A stretch of 64,000 bases of DNA, from IMG/VR virus record IMGVR_UViG_3300014208_000023, positions 160,001 through 224,000 of that record; one strand, 5' to 3'. A model generated the notes under the pieces. It made no database searches, was not told the origin of the DNA, and worked only from the letters and a program-made list of their open reading frames with translations. The translations under genes and the position numbers were made by a program. Of the stretch, positions 8,023 to 18,623 are shown piece by piece. Position 1 is the stretch's first letter; the number at the start of each line of letters is the position of its first letter. The DNA comes from a virus. Lineage: Duplodnaviria > Caudoviricetes.

Positions 8023-10824
8023 TTAGTTTAGAAGGCCTACAGAAACCGATACGTATATGAAGTTGATAGAATAGACTGGCTGAACTCTAGCAGTTACATT
8101 ATACTGTGTTGGCACTACGGCATCTCGTTTAACCGTTAGATCCTTATAGTCAGTTATCAACTTCTGGGAAATAAATCCTTGAAGCAGACCGTCTGCCCTG
8201 GTAGCTATGGTTGGAATAGTATCGAGCTCTTCTGGATTACCAATGAATCCATCAAGTCCGGTTCTAAAGTTCTTGGCAATTCTGTCGCGAATGAAGACGA
8301 TTGATATCTCTTCTTCCTCAACGAAACCGCTCTGGCTTGTCGTAATTCCCCAAACACAGCGGCCTCCTCCTGCCACTGGCTGAAGTGCGCAGACTCCGGC
8401 CGTAGCAAGCTGACGTAGCGTACGATTGCTGAATTGACGGTTACGAAGAATCGTGAATCCAGTTAGAATCTTACGAGTAAGTGGAACCGCGATATTGATT
8501 GAGCCGCTGAAATATCCGGCAGCTGCTGCCGCGACATAGAAGCCGTCAATGATTTGATTGTCTGTTCCTACCTGAACAACGATCTGGTCAGGGAAGAAAT
8601 AAACACATCTGAATGTGTTACCAAATGCATCGGCTACCGAGTAGTTAGTTAGGTCTTCAGTATTTCCAGCGAGGATTTCTGCCGCACTATCTCCCTGTAG
8701 TCCTTCTAGGATGCCGATATCTTCTACGGCCGCAGATGATGCGCCGGTTAAGTTATCTGGCGTTAGACCATTGATTGCTCCGCATAGTAAAATTCGCTCT
8801 TTCTTATTGAGAGAATTACTCATCGTCTTACAGTGAGCAAGTGTGTTCTGGAATATCGCAGAAATCGTTTGTGTTGGAAGTGGAACAACCATATCTACTT
8901 CTTGAGTTTCAAGAGAAGCAATGGCATTTGTCCATCCGGCGTCGAAGAATGACTCATCTCTACGATCGACAACCGTTACTCGAAGAGCGTGATTGTTTGT
9001 AACGACGTTATGATTTACAACAACATAGCTGCTTGTTGCGGTTGGATCAATTACCTCGAACTGAAGTGAATGCTCACTAGTGAAGCACTTGGCCATTGTA
9101 ATGGTGTCGGTTCCTGAATTGTATCCGGTAATATCAAAGATTCCGATATTTGCTGGATTAGTTGAGGCGGTAATTTCAAGGTCAAATCCGCTAGTGAATG
9201 GCGTTAGTGACGTAAAATCAACGGCAGCGCTTGTTAGTGTCGCGCTCGTTCCCGATCCAGTTATAACTCCATCGGTTCCAGTAGATCCTGGAACTATGGC
9301 TCCACTTACTGAATTTATTAGTCTAAAACTAACTGAGCTTTCATTAATAAATGCAGCGAATGGCGTGGTTGATAGAGTGGTGCTTAACACTTGTGCCGTT
9401 GCATCTTCTACAATTTCTAGGGCGCCTCTTCTAACATTTAGAATTCTGAACGTTCCATTATTGGCAGCATTAAGAGCATCTACTATTTTTAGCGCTTTTC
9501 CAACATAGCTAGAATCGAACGTCTTTACTGACGTGCTAAATGTTGCATTGATTTGCGTAGTTAGATCTCTATCTAGATAACCATCAGTGCCAAAATTAAC
9601 GGTCTCATCTTGATTAATTACTGAATATGAGAATGAATTTCCGGCTGGAACACTTGAATTATCAAATACAAATGTATTTACTGAAGGTTGTCCTGATGTT
9701 CCTAGCGTAAAGAAAGCAAATTTGTTAGGTAGAAGTTGAGTCTCTACTCCAGTCGTTGGGTGAGTTACGAAGAAATGAATCGTCGTATCGGTTCCAGGTT
9801 GGACGCCTGGAGGAAGTGGTAATACGAAATCTTCTAAAGTGGTAGATAGCGCATCAACAGACGCAGAAAGTTCATATGAAGTTCTGCGCGGTATTGATGG
9901 GGCTGCTTGAACAGTCATTATACCAGGCGTAATGTTTGCAAAAGCTATTTGTGCGCCTAGAGAAAGTGTGTTATCTAGGCTTGCCGCTCCATGCTTCGTA
10001 TTAATTTGCTGAGTATTATCGAAAAATACCGGATCATTAAGATCGGTCGTAGCTATGTAGGTGGCCGTAAGGCTGTCATTTTTCTTTAGAGATCCGCCTA
10101 ATACCTTAACAGTAAATAGATCTCCTTCTCGCAAAGCAGTTGTGTTATCAAAAATACTGAAAGTTAGTATTGTGTTAGTGGCTGAGGTTCCATTAGAAAC
10201 CCAAACAACCGGATTACCGTTTGCATCAAGAATATTTCCGGATACTGAACCAAATGCTACGAAACGAGCTGTTCCAGAAACTGGTTGGTTGCTAACGTTA
10301 CGCTGAACTGAAATACACTTGATTGTCCAAGTTTCAGTTGGAGCATTAACATCAGATAGTGTCAAATTAGCTATATAGCCATCACCAACGTTAGAAGACC
10401 CAGATAGGAAAAAAGCTCCTCCTTGATCTACCAAAGCGCCTCTTTGTAGCTCAATTCTTCCGGTCGCTATATCTAGGCGATAATCATATATTGAACTAAA
10501 AGCTAGACTATCTATGGTTGCCTCAAGACCAACTAATGGCAATCCGTTTTTGAATAAGCTAGTGCGATTAGAAACTACAGGGGCATTTTGTAGAAGAAAA
10601 TGCCTGCCGTCGCTGCTAGTACTCGAAGTATAACTAGAATTAAGTCCGTCATTTCCTTCACCTAAGGCTTGTGAAACAAGCGTCTCGCTTCGGCTTCCTA
10701 GGCCGATAAGAGCAGCTACGCGAATCCCTCCAGGAACCGAGGCTCCGGCTGATTGCGTGGTTATATTTGTGACTACAGAAGGGAGAATTTCTCCGCCACC
10801 TGGAATGTTTGCGCTGCCAGCCAT
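8023..10824 (-). CDS. Contractile tail sheath protein
   Basis: 933 aa. N-terminal PSVVTNITTQSAG and C-terminal sheath domain (WGITT...EEISIVFIRDRIAKNFR...F...YNVTARVQPVYSINFIYVSV); large internal beta-rich insertions. Confidence 0.85.
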   Translation of the reverse strand: MAGSANIPGGGEILPSVVTNITTQSAGASVPGGIRVAALIGLGSRSETLVSQALGEGNDGLNSSYTSSTSSDGRHFLLQNAPVVSNRTSLFKNGLPLVGLEATIDSLAFSSIYDYRLDIATGRIELQRGALVDQGGAFFLSGSSNVGDGYIANLTLSDVNAPTETWTIKCISVQRNVSNQPVSGTARFVAFGSVSGNILDANGNPVVWVSNGTSATNTILTFSIFDNTTALREGDLFTVKVLGGSLKKNDSLTATYIATTDLNDPVFFDNTQQINTKHGAASLDNTLSLGAQIAFANITPGIMTVQAAPSIPRRTSYELSASVDALSTTLEDFVLPLPPGVQPGTDTTIHFFVTHPTTGVETQLLPNKFAFFTLGTSGQPSVNTFVFDNSSVPAGNSFSYSVINQDETVNFGTDGYLDRDLTTQINATFSTSVKTFDSSYVGKALKIVDALNAANNGTFRILNVRRGALEIVEDATAQVLSTTLSTTPFAAFINESSVSFRLINSVSGAIVPGSTGTDGVITGSGTSATLTSAAVDFTSLTPFTSGFDLEITASTNPANIGIFDITGYNSGTDTITMAKCFTSEHSLQFEVIDPTATSSYVVVNHNVVTNNHALRVTVVDRRDESFFDAGWTNAIASLETQEVDMVVPLPTQTISAIFQNTLAHCKTMSNSLNKKERILLCGAINGLTPDNLTGASSAAVEDIGILEGLQGDSAAEILAGNTEDLTNYSVADAFGNTFRCVYFFPDQIVVQVGTDNQIIDGFYVAAAAAGYFSGSINIAVPLTRKILTGFTILRNRQFSNRTLRQLATAGVCALQPVAGGGRCVWGITTSQSGFVEEEEISIVFIRDRIAKNFRTGLDGFIGNPEELDTIPTIATRADGLLQGFISQKLITDYKDLTVKRDAVVPTQYNVTARVQPVYSINFIYVSVSVGLLN

Positions 10825-10881
10825 TAGTAGCTCCCACCATTGATTGTTCTTGAAGTATGATACATATTCACCATCAGAATT

Positions 10882-10894
10882 ATATTAGTTTATT
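10882..10894 (-). promoter_or_regulatory. Candidate phage late promoter upstream of sheath
   Basis: AATAAACTAATAT, matches the recurring AATAWWNNNRYAT motif. Confidence 0.45.
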
Positions 10895-10899
10895 GCTAT

Positions 10900-11694
10900 T
10901 TACAGATTGTTGATTACATCCGTAAGCGTTTGTTGTATGTTTATAGTCAAATTTGGAGAAACTGGAGAGCTATTATCAACCCTGCCAAATTCTATACTTG
11001 TATTGATTGAATCGATAATATTTCTTATTGGAATATGCCTGCGCCATTCTGATCTATATTGTAAAGTAACCATTTGCTTGAAAAGGGTATCAGTGCGGTC
11101 AATTGCCTCATTTGGCGCACCAGCACTAACTCCACCAGGTTTAATGCCTACGCCATTTTTTTCCATATCATCACAAGCTATCTGCGTAAATAATAGTGAA
11201 ACAAGCTCTACTAAATCGTCCCTAGTTCTGGGGTCTCGGGCAATAACTTCAATAGTTATAGTGCCTTCCCAGCTTCCTGCGAATATAAAGTGAGATGGTG
11301 TAGGTATTGTTGCAATATTTCCATAACCGTCTTCAAAAACAAGATTATCCCACTGAACATTGGCTCTTTCTCTGTTGAAAGAGATTGGAACAGAATTAGC
11401 TCCTCCGTGCCTTATAATTAATGCCGGGTAATATACGACATCATATCTATGTGACGAGTTAATATATAGACGCGTAGTTAAATTATCTTTGTATCCAGCC
11501 GTTTGTGGTAAATTTGTATGATCAGGAGTCTGTGGAAATCCAAAATGATCCGTAGCAAAATGATACATAGAGTCTCTTGCAAAAAAATCTCGTAATTGCT
11601 GAATAACTAATTCCTTTGGCCATAGGATCATAGATCCTTGGACTATATTATATAGTCCATAAAGATCGCTATGGAAAGTATTATTAGTTGTCAT
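10900..11694 (-). CDS. Putative tail completion/terminator protein
   Basis: Directly upstream of the sheath; YPALIIRHGG...WEGTITIEVIARDPRTRDDLVELV pattern resembles tail terminators. Confidence 0.5.
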   Translation of the reverse strand: MTTNNTFHSDLYGLYNIVQGSMILWPKELVIQQLRDFFARDSMYHFATDHFGFPQTPDHTNLPQTAGYKDNLTTRLYINSSHRYDVVYYPALIIRHGGANSVPISFNRERANVQWDNLVFEDGYGNIATIPTPSHFIFAGSWEGTITIEVIARDPRTRDDLVELVSLLFTQIACDDMEKNGVGIKPGGVSAGAPNEAIDRTDTLFKQMVTLQYRSEWRRHIPIRNIIDSINTSIEFGRVDNSSPVSPNLTINIQQTLTDVINNL

Positions 11695-11695
11695 T

Positions 11696-14600
11696 TTATA
11701 TTCTAGAGCCGATAGTAAATTCTTGAGTTGGAGTTATTGAGCTAAAGCTCCAAGAAACCCCAGAACCAGTTACGACTGCGGCTATTTTATATAGAAGAAT
11801 AACATCATTAAAATTACTTACAGAATCAGTTAATGGAATTGCTTGCAAATTAGCAAGAGTAGCCGATCTTACCGCATATTGAATTGGAGACGCGATTGTT
11901 GGATTTATTACGTAGAATATTTTATTCGTTAATCCAGTAGAATCTGCTATTAATTCTATTTGCCCTCTAGTATTAGCGCATAGTAACCAATTAATTGTAT
12001 TAGTTGGTGGAGATGGAGTAATGTTATCTCGAAGAATAGGTATAGTTGTGACTGAATTGTTTATTTGGACAATTTTACCATCTATAAGTGCAGTTCCGCC
12101 AGTTAGTAAAACATTACTTCCAGATATAGTTACTGCAAATCCATTGAGAACTCTATTATGCATCATAACTCTAGATATTGAAGTAATAAAGTTAAGTGCA
12201 GATTTAGTCAAATGCTCTTCGCTTATATTTCCAAACTCTCTCTTATCTTGGAGATGAGTCATAGATTTAGTCGTGTCATTCATCTGACAAGTAGAGAGCA
12301 GCATCTCTTCTTGATTTAAAGATAACGATTTGAATAGTTGAATATCTAAAGTTTCCGTTCCGCCAAACGTGCTAACTGTAGTATCTAAATCAATTATAAA
12401 ATCAATATAATCAATATTAGTTTCGTCATAAAACCTAATTACTTCGCCTTTTTTACCAGCAGTGGTGGGGCCAACTTTTGACCCAGAAACATTACCTAGA
12501 TAGCCAGAATATACTCCTGTATCGGTTGTATATGCCGTAATGGTTAGCCTGATTTCTTTATAATCACCAACTGTATATCCCCTAAGCTTCGGAGAAACAT
12601 TATACATATTTATATTGCCTATGTTACCGGCAATAAGAAAACGCGCGCGCTCGTGTGTGAATGTGTGCCCATTTTTATCAACATAGTTTTCAAAATATCT
12701 CTTGAATGGACCAAGAGATGTTGCGTCCGCCACATTTTGAGCATTGAATGAAACGCTATCGTTTGTAAAATATATATTTACCGGAATGCTCGTTGTTGTG
12801 GGGGCGGGACTAGATCCGGCACCATGCACTCCGTCATAAACGGTAATGTTAGCATATCCATCTTGAGAGCCGCAATTGAAATAAGCTATGTTCTTAATGG
12901 TAAAGCGGCCATAGTCTCTTAAGTTGAACGATGGGTTTGTAGTTGCGATAGCCGGCTGAACTACGATAGTTTTTCCGATAGCCAAAGATGAACTTGAAAC
13001 ATCTTCAGTTAGTTGATAAACAACCTCAACTCTATTGGAGAGTATTTTGGTAGCTGGGGCAGGAAGTATAGTTGCTTTAAAATAACCATCACCATTAACA
13101 TCTACCGTATTAGTTATAGCTAACGGATCCGAATAAAGCGTATCTCGTTCGGTTCCATCCACATAAAAGAAATTTCTCTTGAGTGGCGTGAACATTATCG
13201 TAGGGCTAATAAATGCTGCTACTGATGTTGAGTATGACGCGGCCGGAGGAGGGCTTGCCATATTGCTTCCAAGAACACCAAATCCAAGAGGGTCTATTGA
13301 ATTATATGAATCAACTACGTTTTGTGGGAAGGCCGCAATAGAAGATGTTGTATATGCGCCAGTAGTATCTACGGTTCCGCTAATTATGCTAAACCCACTA
13401 TTGTTATAGTGATCGGCCATTGCTATACCGAACTGCCCTTCATGTTCAAACGCTAAAAATCTATAGTTGAAACCACTAGCTCTGAATGCAGCATTAGTAG
13501 AATTCACTATACCTGATAGCGTATATTTTCCAGGAGTAATTCCCTTATTGCCAGTCACATCAACTGCTGGCAATGTAAATATTGAAGAGACATCTCCATT
13601 TTGGAATAAGCATAAATAGAGCTTGTAATGTGATGCCGATAACTGTGATGGGTTAAAGTTTATACTCAAAGTCATGGCTCCACGAGGACTTGCAACCATT
13701 AAGGTTTCATATTCTCCAAAACTATTAGGAACTCTAATGTTGGCAAGAGCATGTTGCTTATCTCTATTGAATAGAGACCTATTTATTTGTGCGTAACCAG
13801 ACGAAGATCCAGTTTTATTTCTTCCATTTATTCTTACGGCATATGTTCTAGTTGTAACATTAACTATTGCTTTAACTGACTCAATAGTAAATTGATAAGC
13901 TATACCGGTACCATAGTTAATTGTTAGTAAGTCACCGGGCTTAACCAATGCAAAGTGAGCGTCAAAAATATAGCCATCAGAATCCGCCACTGTTGGATTA
14001 AAAAGAATAACGTCATCGCCATTATCAATATCATCAACTGGATTTGATGATGTTGGTCCTGGAGGGTTATTTAACCAATATGCAGTTACCGGCGTTGGTG
14101 GAACTAATAGCGTTCCGTATCCATCAATTAATAGTGGGGTAGATCTGGAATGTCTTGAGATACCATCACCAAAAAGATTTTGAGTTCTACCGCCAAGCAG
14201 TAGAAGGCTTGAACTATCGATGTAATTAACTATTTTTTGTACATCAGTATTTGATTGTGGAATGCTACTAAAATTAGCGGTATTAACATGAACGCCAGAA
14301 GCATTGTGTGCAAAATTAGTTGGAGGAACGGTTCCGCCAGTTAATGATGTAACACCAGAAGACCCATCAGATTTTTCATGAACAACAAGATCGTTGCTGA
14401 TGTCTTCAGCAATTGTTTTGAGATTAGTTGTATTTCTGCTTACTACAGAAGTTCCTATAGAAGTAGTTCCAGTTGCTGGGCTAGTCTTAACTAATGAAAC
14501 CCCGGCTCCGACATCAATATGAGATAAAATGTGACGATCATCAGTACCATCTAAATGTGGCTGAAGCTTTATTCCAGTTAAAGAAAGGAAACCTCCTAAT

Positions 14601-14962
14601 ACATCAACAGCATTACTTAAGTTTAAATATAGTGTATGTAATGATCCGGTAGAATAAGTAAGTGCAAGCTTGCTCTCATCAATGGCCGCAGTAGGTGATA
14701 TTTCAGAGTTGGTTATTGGTAAAGCAATAAGTCCTATTCCCAATAACGCAGATGGCTTTATTGTTCCGTCAGCATTCATGGAAATGGCTAAACGATCCGC
14801 AATAGATGCTAGCGATCCCTTGCCACCAATACCAACCTCCTCTTCTAATGAAAAGATGGCCGATCTAGTTGCATTTATGGCTATACCACCAATTTCAACT
14901 ACGTTGTCATCGACACGAGGTAAGGATGCGTCGTCATCTAAAGATGTGGGGAAGTTGGTCAT
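11696..14962 (-). CDS. Large virion structural protein (fibre/baseplate-like)
   Basis: 1088 aa, Thr/Ser/Gly/Asn-rich beta composition, located in the structural operon. Confidence 0.5.
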   Translation of the reverse strand: MTNFPTSLDDDASLPRVDDNVVEIGGIAINATRSAIFSLEEEVGIGGKGSLASIADRLAISMNADGTIKPSALLGIGLIALPITNSEISPTAAIDESKLALTYSTGSLHTLYLNLSNAVDVLGGFLSLTGIKLQPHLDGTDDRHILSHIDVGAGVSLVKTSPATGTTSIGTSVVSRNTTNLKTIAEDISNDLVVHEKSDGSSGVTSLTGGTVPPTNFAHNASGVHVNTANFSSIPQSNTDVQKIVNYIDSSSLLLLGGRTQNLFGDGISRHSRSTPLLIDGYGTLLVPPTPVTAYWLNNPPGPTSSNPVDDIDNGDDVILFNPTVADSDGYIFDAHFALVKPGDLLTINYGTGIAYQFTIESVKAIVNVTTRTYAVRINGRNKTGSSSGYAQINRSLFNRDKQHALANIRVPNSFGEYETLMVASPRGAMTLSINFNPSQLSASHYKLYLCLFQNGDVSSIFTLPAVDVTGNKGITPGKYTLSGIVNSTNAAFRASGFNYRFLAFEHEGQFGIAMADHYNNSGFSIISGTVDTTGAYTTSSIAAFPQNVVDSYNSIDPLGFGVLGSNMASPPPAASYSTSVAAFISPTIMFTPLKRNFFYVDGTERDTLYSDPLAITNTVDVNGDGYFKATILPAPATKILSNRVEVVYQLTEDVSSSSLAIGKTIVVQPAIATTNPSFNLRDYGRFTIKNIAYFNCGSQDGYANITVYDGVHGAGSSPAPTTTSIPVNIYFTNDSVSFNAQNVADATSLGPFKRYFENYVDKNGHTFTHERARFLIAGNIGNINMYNVSPKLRGYTVGDYKEIRLTITAYTTDTGVYSGYLGNVSGSKVGPTTAGKKGEVIRFYDETNIDYIDFIIDLDTTVSTFGGTETLDIQLFKSLSLNQEEMLLSTCQMNDTTKSMTHLQDKREFGNISEEHLTKSALNFITSISRVMMHNRVLNGFAVTISGSNVLLTGGTALIDGKIVQINNSVTTIPILRDNITPSPPTNTINWLLCANTRGQIELIADSTGLTNKIFYVINPTIASPIQYAVRSATLANLQAIPLTDSVSNFNDVILLYKIAAVVTGSGVSWSFSSITPTQEFTIGSRI

Positions 14963-14972
14963 TTCATAGAAA

Positions 14973-14985
14973 ATGCTAGATTATT
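14973..14985 (-). promoter_or_regulatory. Candidate phage late promoter
   Basis: AATAATCTAGCAT, 10 nt before ATG 14962, with no SD. Confidence 0.5.
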
Positions 14986-15000
14986 GGCCTATTGCCAAAA

Positions 15001-15348
15001 CTACTGACTTCTAATATTTTGAATGTCAGTAGCGGTAGCTCCAGCAGCATAAATACCAGCTATTACTGTAATGGCGGAGCAAAACTCCATACCACTTATT
15101 TTTGAGCTGAAAAGAGCTATTGTAGTAACGATAAGCACTAGAATAGAGAAAGTTCCTTTTTTAGAACCTAATAACCCTCTCATTCCTAATGTAAGATAAT
15201 AGCCAATACTATTCTTTTTTCGAATTAAGGGATTGTGCTGATCTGACGCAATAACGACAGAACGACTAGTAGTGCTTGTTGTTGGATCCGTTAATAGAGG
15301 CCCAGAGGTATTTTCTGTTACTACTGTAGTTGTTACTTGATTATCCAT
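15001..15348 (-). CDS. Small two-TM membrane protein, holin-like
   Basis: Two hydrophobic stretches (FSILVLIVTTIALF; FCSAITVIAGIYAAG) preceded by a basic patch. Confidence 0.4.
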   Translation of the reverse strand: MDNQVTTTVVTENTSGPLLTDPTTSTTSRSVVIASDQHNPLIRKKNSIGYYLTLGMRGLLGSKKGTFSILVLIVTTIALFSSKISGMEFCSAITVIAGIYAAGATATDIQNIRSQ

Positions 15349-15375
15349 GATAGTATTATTCCTTTTAATTACTTT

Positions 15376-16224
15376 TTATTCAATCCACGTAACAATTATT
15401 TTTCCAGATCCGCCGACGCCACCCGCGCCAGCAACACGAAGAGCACCTCCTAAATTTTGTTGCCCACCAGCGCTACCTCCACCACCTCCAGCCCCACTAT
15501 TTGCCGATGCAGACGAACCTACTGCTCCGTTACCAAATGCCCCACCAAGATTACCATCAGCACCGGCCGCGCCTGCACCGCCGACTCCAAATGGACCACC
15601 ACCGCCGCCACCGCCACCACCGCCGCCAAGATAGGTGGCGTCTGTTGCTCCTTGAATGCCACCAAGGCCACCAGCATATCCCTGTATTGATGGGTTGCCA
15701 TCTACTGATGCAAAAGCAGGCACCGCATTTAATCCTCCACCTCCTGCTCCAGGTGTAATTTCAGCAAGCTGACCGTAATTTACAACATCAATACGTCCTT
15801 GATGATATAATGTTGTTACTGCGGAGCTTAATGCAACCGGAGAGCCTCCAAATACAAATTTTGCAGTAGTTGCAGGCGTCGAAGACGAGCTACACCCTCC
15901 GCCGGCTCCTTTAAATGTTGCTAAAGACCCAAATGATGATGATACTCCGTCACCACCAGCAGTACTAGCAGCCCCACTAGTACCACCGCTTCCAATTGTT
16001 ATCGTGTAACTGGTTCCTGGTACTACCGTAAGCGACACGCTATTAAGCTGGGCTCCGGCGCCGCCACCACCACCTGAGCCACTTTGCGCAGCCGTAGTAC
16101 TTGATGGGGTTCCTCCCCCTCCGCCGCCGCCGCCGCCGCAACCAATAACAATTATTTCCGTAATACCATTGGGTACTATCCAAGAACCATTACTTAAGAA
16201 TGTTTTACTAACTAATTTACTCAT
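15376..16224 (-). CDS. Glycine-rich tail fibre-type protein
   Basis: GSWIVPNGITEIIVIGCGGGGGGG...GAGGVGGSGKIIVTW glycine-rich phage fibre domain. Confidence 0.65.
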   Translation of the reverse strand: MSKLVSKTFLSNGSWIVPNGITEIIVIGCGGGGGGGGGTPSSTTAAQSGSGGGGGAGAQLNSVSLTVVPGTSYTITIGSGGTSGAASTAGGDGVSSSFGSLATFKGAGGGCSSSSTPATTAKFVFGGSPVALSSAVTTLYHQGRIDVVNYGQLAEITPGAGGGGLNAVPAFASVDGNPSIQGYAGGLGGIQGATDATYLGGGGGGGGGGGPFGVGGAGAAGADGNLGGAFGNGAVGSSASANSGAGGGGGSAGGQQNLGGALRVAGAGGVGGSGKIIVTWIE

Positions 16225-16250
16225 TTATTTCCATTTTAATATAATTTATA

Positions 16251-18596
16251 TTAAATCATATACCAATCTGTTCCATTTGCAATAAATTCCCAAGATCCAA
16301 AATTTGCCGAAAATGTTATTGCAGAATTCAAAGTCTCTAATTTATTACCAGTAATAACATTAAATATCAAATCATACATTAAGCTAGGGCTCCAAGTTGA
16401 AGCGGAATACGTAGCAAGATTACCAGCTGGACCGCTAGCCCCATTTATAACCTCAACATAATTAGTTATATCTCCACCAGAATATGATAAAACAACAACA
16501 TAATTAGTTGCATCAGTAAGTGAAATTTGATTTGCGCCAGAAAATGTAAAACTTGTTAAAGTTGGGCTTCCTGATAAAGAAGCTGATGATACAACATCAG
16601 ATGTTGCCAGCGCCGCCCCAGTTGGAACGCTTGAAGTTCCAAATACTCCTGAATGAGCATAAATTGATGCTGTCATGTTTCCAGTAGGAGAGCCAACTTT
16701 ATTGATTAAAAACTTACAGGATGTTAGTAATTTGCCTACATTAATAGCGGTAAAAGATTGCGATACCGCTTGGTTATGAGAAGCATCGCTTGATAAATTC
16801 AAAGCGGTACCAGTATCACTATAATTAATATCATTTCCTGGTGAAACTATTATATTATAGGTTCCAGCCAAACCATCCCTATCTTTAATAATTAAATTTC
16901 TTCCAAGTGTAGGTTCTGGCAATATAATAGTTGCATTTGCGGCTATGGTAGTCAAATCTACTAATATAATATAGTCAGCAATTCCACCAGCATCAATAGA
17001 GTATGGTGTTGAGCTAATTGTTTTGGTACGAAGATATAATGCTCCATCCAAACTAATTGAACCACCATTTGCTGGGGTAATTATATTTGCAGCATTAACA
17101 GTAATATTGGCGGTTGTTGCAGTTGTATTTGCGGTCACTGCGGTTATTGTTGATGTTGTTCCAGCATTTAATACTACATTATTTACGGCTCCCATAAATA
17201 ATCCATTAGTAGAATCTATATTTGTAGATCCACCACTAAATAAGAAAAGATCTAATAATCGAGATTCTACTAAAACCTCTCCAGATGATGATGCGGTAAA
17301 TCCTGTGCCAGATAAATTACCGTTACATATAAATGATGAATACTGATTAAAAGTAGCAGATATTCCAGCATCAATAATTACTGGATCTCCACCAATTAAT
17401 GCTCCAGCCTTACTAATTATAAAATTATTTGAAACAATATTTATATTAGAAATATCTCCAGCCGCCGGAGGTGCAGCAATTACAGCTTTAATATAACATA
17501 AAGTGGTTAATGCCGCATGATTTCCATAAAACTCATTATCGCTTATTAACGCATTATTATCATTCATATGAATAATACAGTTTTTCTCAACGGTGGCGCC
17601 ATCAGCATCTAAATATCCGTGAGATCTAATTTTACAATTAGATACTTCTAAATAATCATTTCTTCCACCGGTAGAATTAAATGATATTGGTTGCGAAAAT
17701 CCATCGATAAATGAATTGGTAATTTTAAGAAAAGTGCCGGTAGTAATTGTCGTTACTACATCTAGTTTAACTGCGAATCTTGTTGCTGAACTTACCACCT
17801 CAGCTACGTTAAGTGCTCTTCCAAGAATTTTAACACCATCAATTTCTAGATGAGACCCTTGCTCTTGCATTATTAATTGAGACTCGCCAGTTACATTTTG
17901 TGGCAATCCGTAAAAAACGTCACCGAGTAAAGTTGGCTCAATAAAGTTGTCACAAATAGTAACATTTACTATTTTACTGGCCCTGGCAAACATAAACTTA
18001 TTTTCAGTATCTACTGAATTGTCTATTTCTGTTCTTACTGTATCGGTTTTAATTTTAAATAATGGAATTGGAGTTGCAAGGCCATTTATTTGTGGTGGAG
18101 ATAGGGCCAGATTTAAACAAGTGGCATTTATAATTTTAGTTCCGAGGCCTTCACCATAAATAGTAATTCCTGGTGGAACATCAATCGTATTTACAATATA
18201 ATATGTTCCAGCAGGTATAAATATTACGCCGCCTCTAGTTAATCTCTCATATCCTGCAGGTATGCCGGTATTGGCCGCTAGTGCTGCAAATAAAGGATTT
18301 AAAAATGTATCTAGTGCTGGAATGATATTGCTAAAATAGAAATTGGGCGCTGGATTCGTATATGAGTTATATCCATCTGGAACAGCCATGAAAGCTATTC
18401 CGGCCCCAGCCATTGACGCTATGAATGTATTGATATTATCAATCGATCCCTGAACGTTAGTGGCACCTCCAACTCCTGGCGAGTTATGTATATCAACGGC
18501 ATTATGATTAAAATCATTGCCATTTACGTGTTTGCGGAAATCGAAAAGATCGGCAGCAATTCTTCCATTGCCAGGTGTGAAAGGTCCATTTACCAT
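16251..18596 (-). CDS. Tailspike/fibre with a parallel beta-helix (pectate-lyase-3-like) domain
   Basis: GGVIFIPAGTYYIVNTIDVPPGITIYGEG entry motif followed by beta-helix rungs (ITNSFID, VSNCKI, ISDNEF). Confidence 0.7.
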   Translation of the reverse strand: MVNGPFTPGNGRIAADLFDFRKHVNGNDFNHNAVDIHNSPGVGGATNVQGSIDNINTFIASMAGAGIAFMAVPDGYNSYTNPAPNFYFSNIIPALDTFLNPLFAALAANTGIPAGYERLTRGGVIFIPAGTYYIVNTIDVPPGITIYGEGLGTKIINATCLNLALSPPQINGLATPIPLFKIKTDTVRTEIDNSVDTENKFMFARASKIVNVTICDNFIEPTLLGDVFYGLPQNVTGESQLIMQEQGSHLEIDGVKILGRALNVAEVVSSATRFAVKLDVVTTITTGTFLKITNSFIDGFSQPISFNSTGGRNDYLEVSNCKIRSHGYLDADGATVEKNCIIHMNDNNALISDNEFYGNHAALTTLCYIKAVIAAPPAAGDISNINIVSNNFIISKAGALIGGDPVIIDAGISATFNQYSSFICNGNLSGTGFTASSSGEVLVESRLLDLFLFSGGSTNIDSTNGLFMGAVNNVVLNAGTTSTITAVTANTTATTANITVNAANIITPANGGSISLDGALYLRTKTISSTPYSIDAGGIADYIILVDLTTIAANATIILPEPTLGRNLIIKDRDGLAGTYNIIVSPGNDINYSDTGTALNLSSDASHNQAVSQSFTAINVGKLLTSCKFLINKVGSPTGNMTASIYAHSGVFGTSSVPTGAALATSDVVSSASLSGSPTLTSFTFSGANQISLTDATNYVVVLSYSGGDITNYVEVINGASGPAGNLATYSASTWSPSLMYDLIFNVITGNKLETLNSAITFSANFGSWEFIANGTDWYMI

Positions 18597-18606
18597 TTGT
18601 AATTAG

Positions 18607-18619
18607 ATGCCAAAATATT
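18607..18619 (-). promoter_or_regulatory. Candidate phage late promoter
   Basis: AATATTTTGGCAT, 10 nt before ATG 18596. Confidence 0.5.
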
Positions 18620-18623
18620 GAGG

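Noticed and set aside
15347-15758. Pro-rich and His/Arg-rich + strand ORFs
   Set aside because: Antisense shadows of the Gly-rich fibre gene (GGN codons read as Pro).
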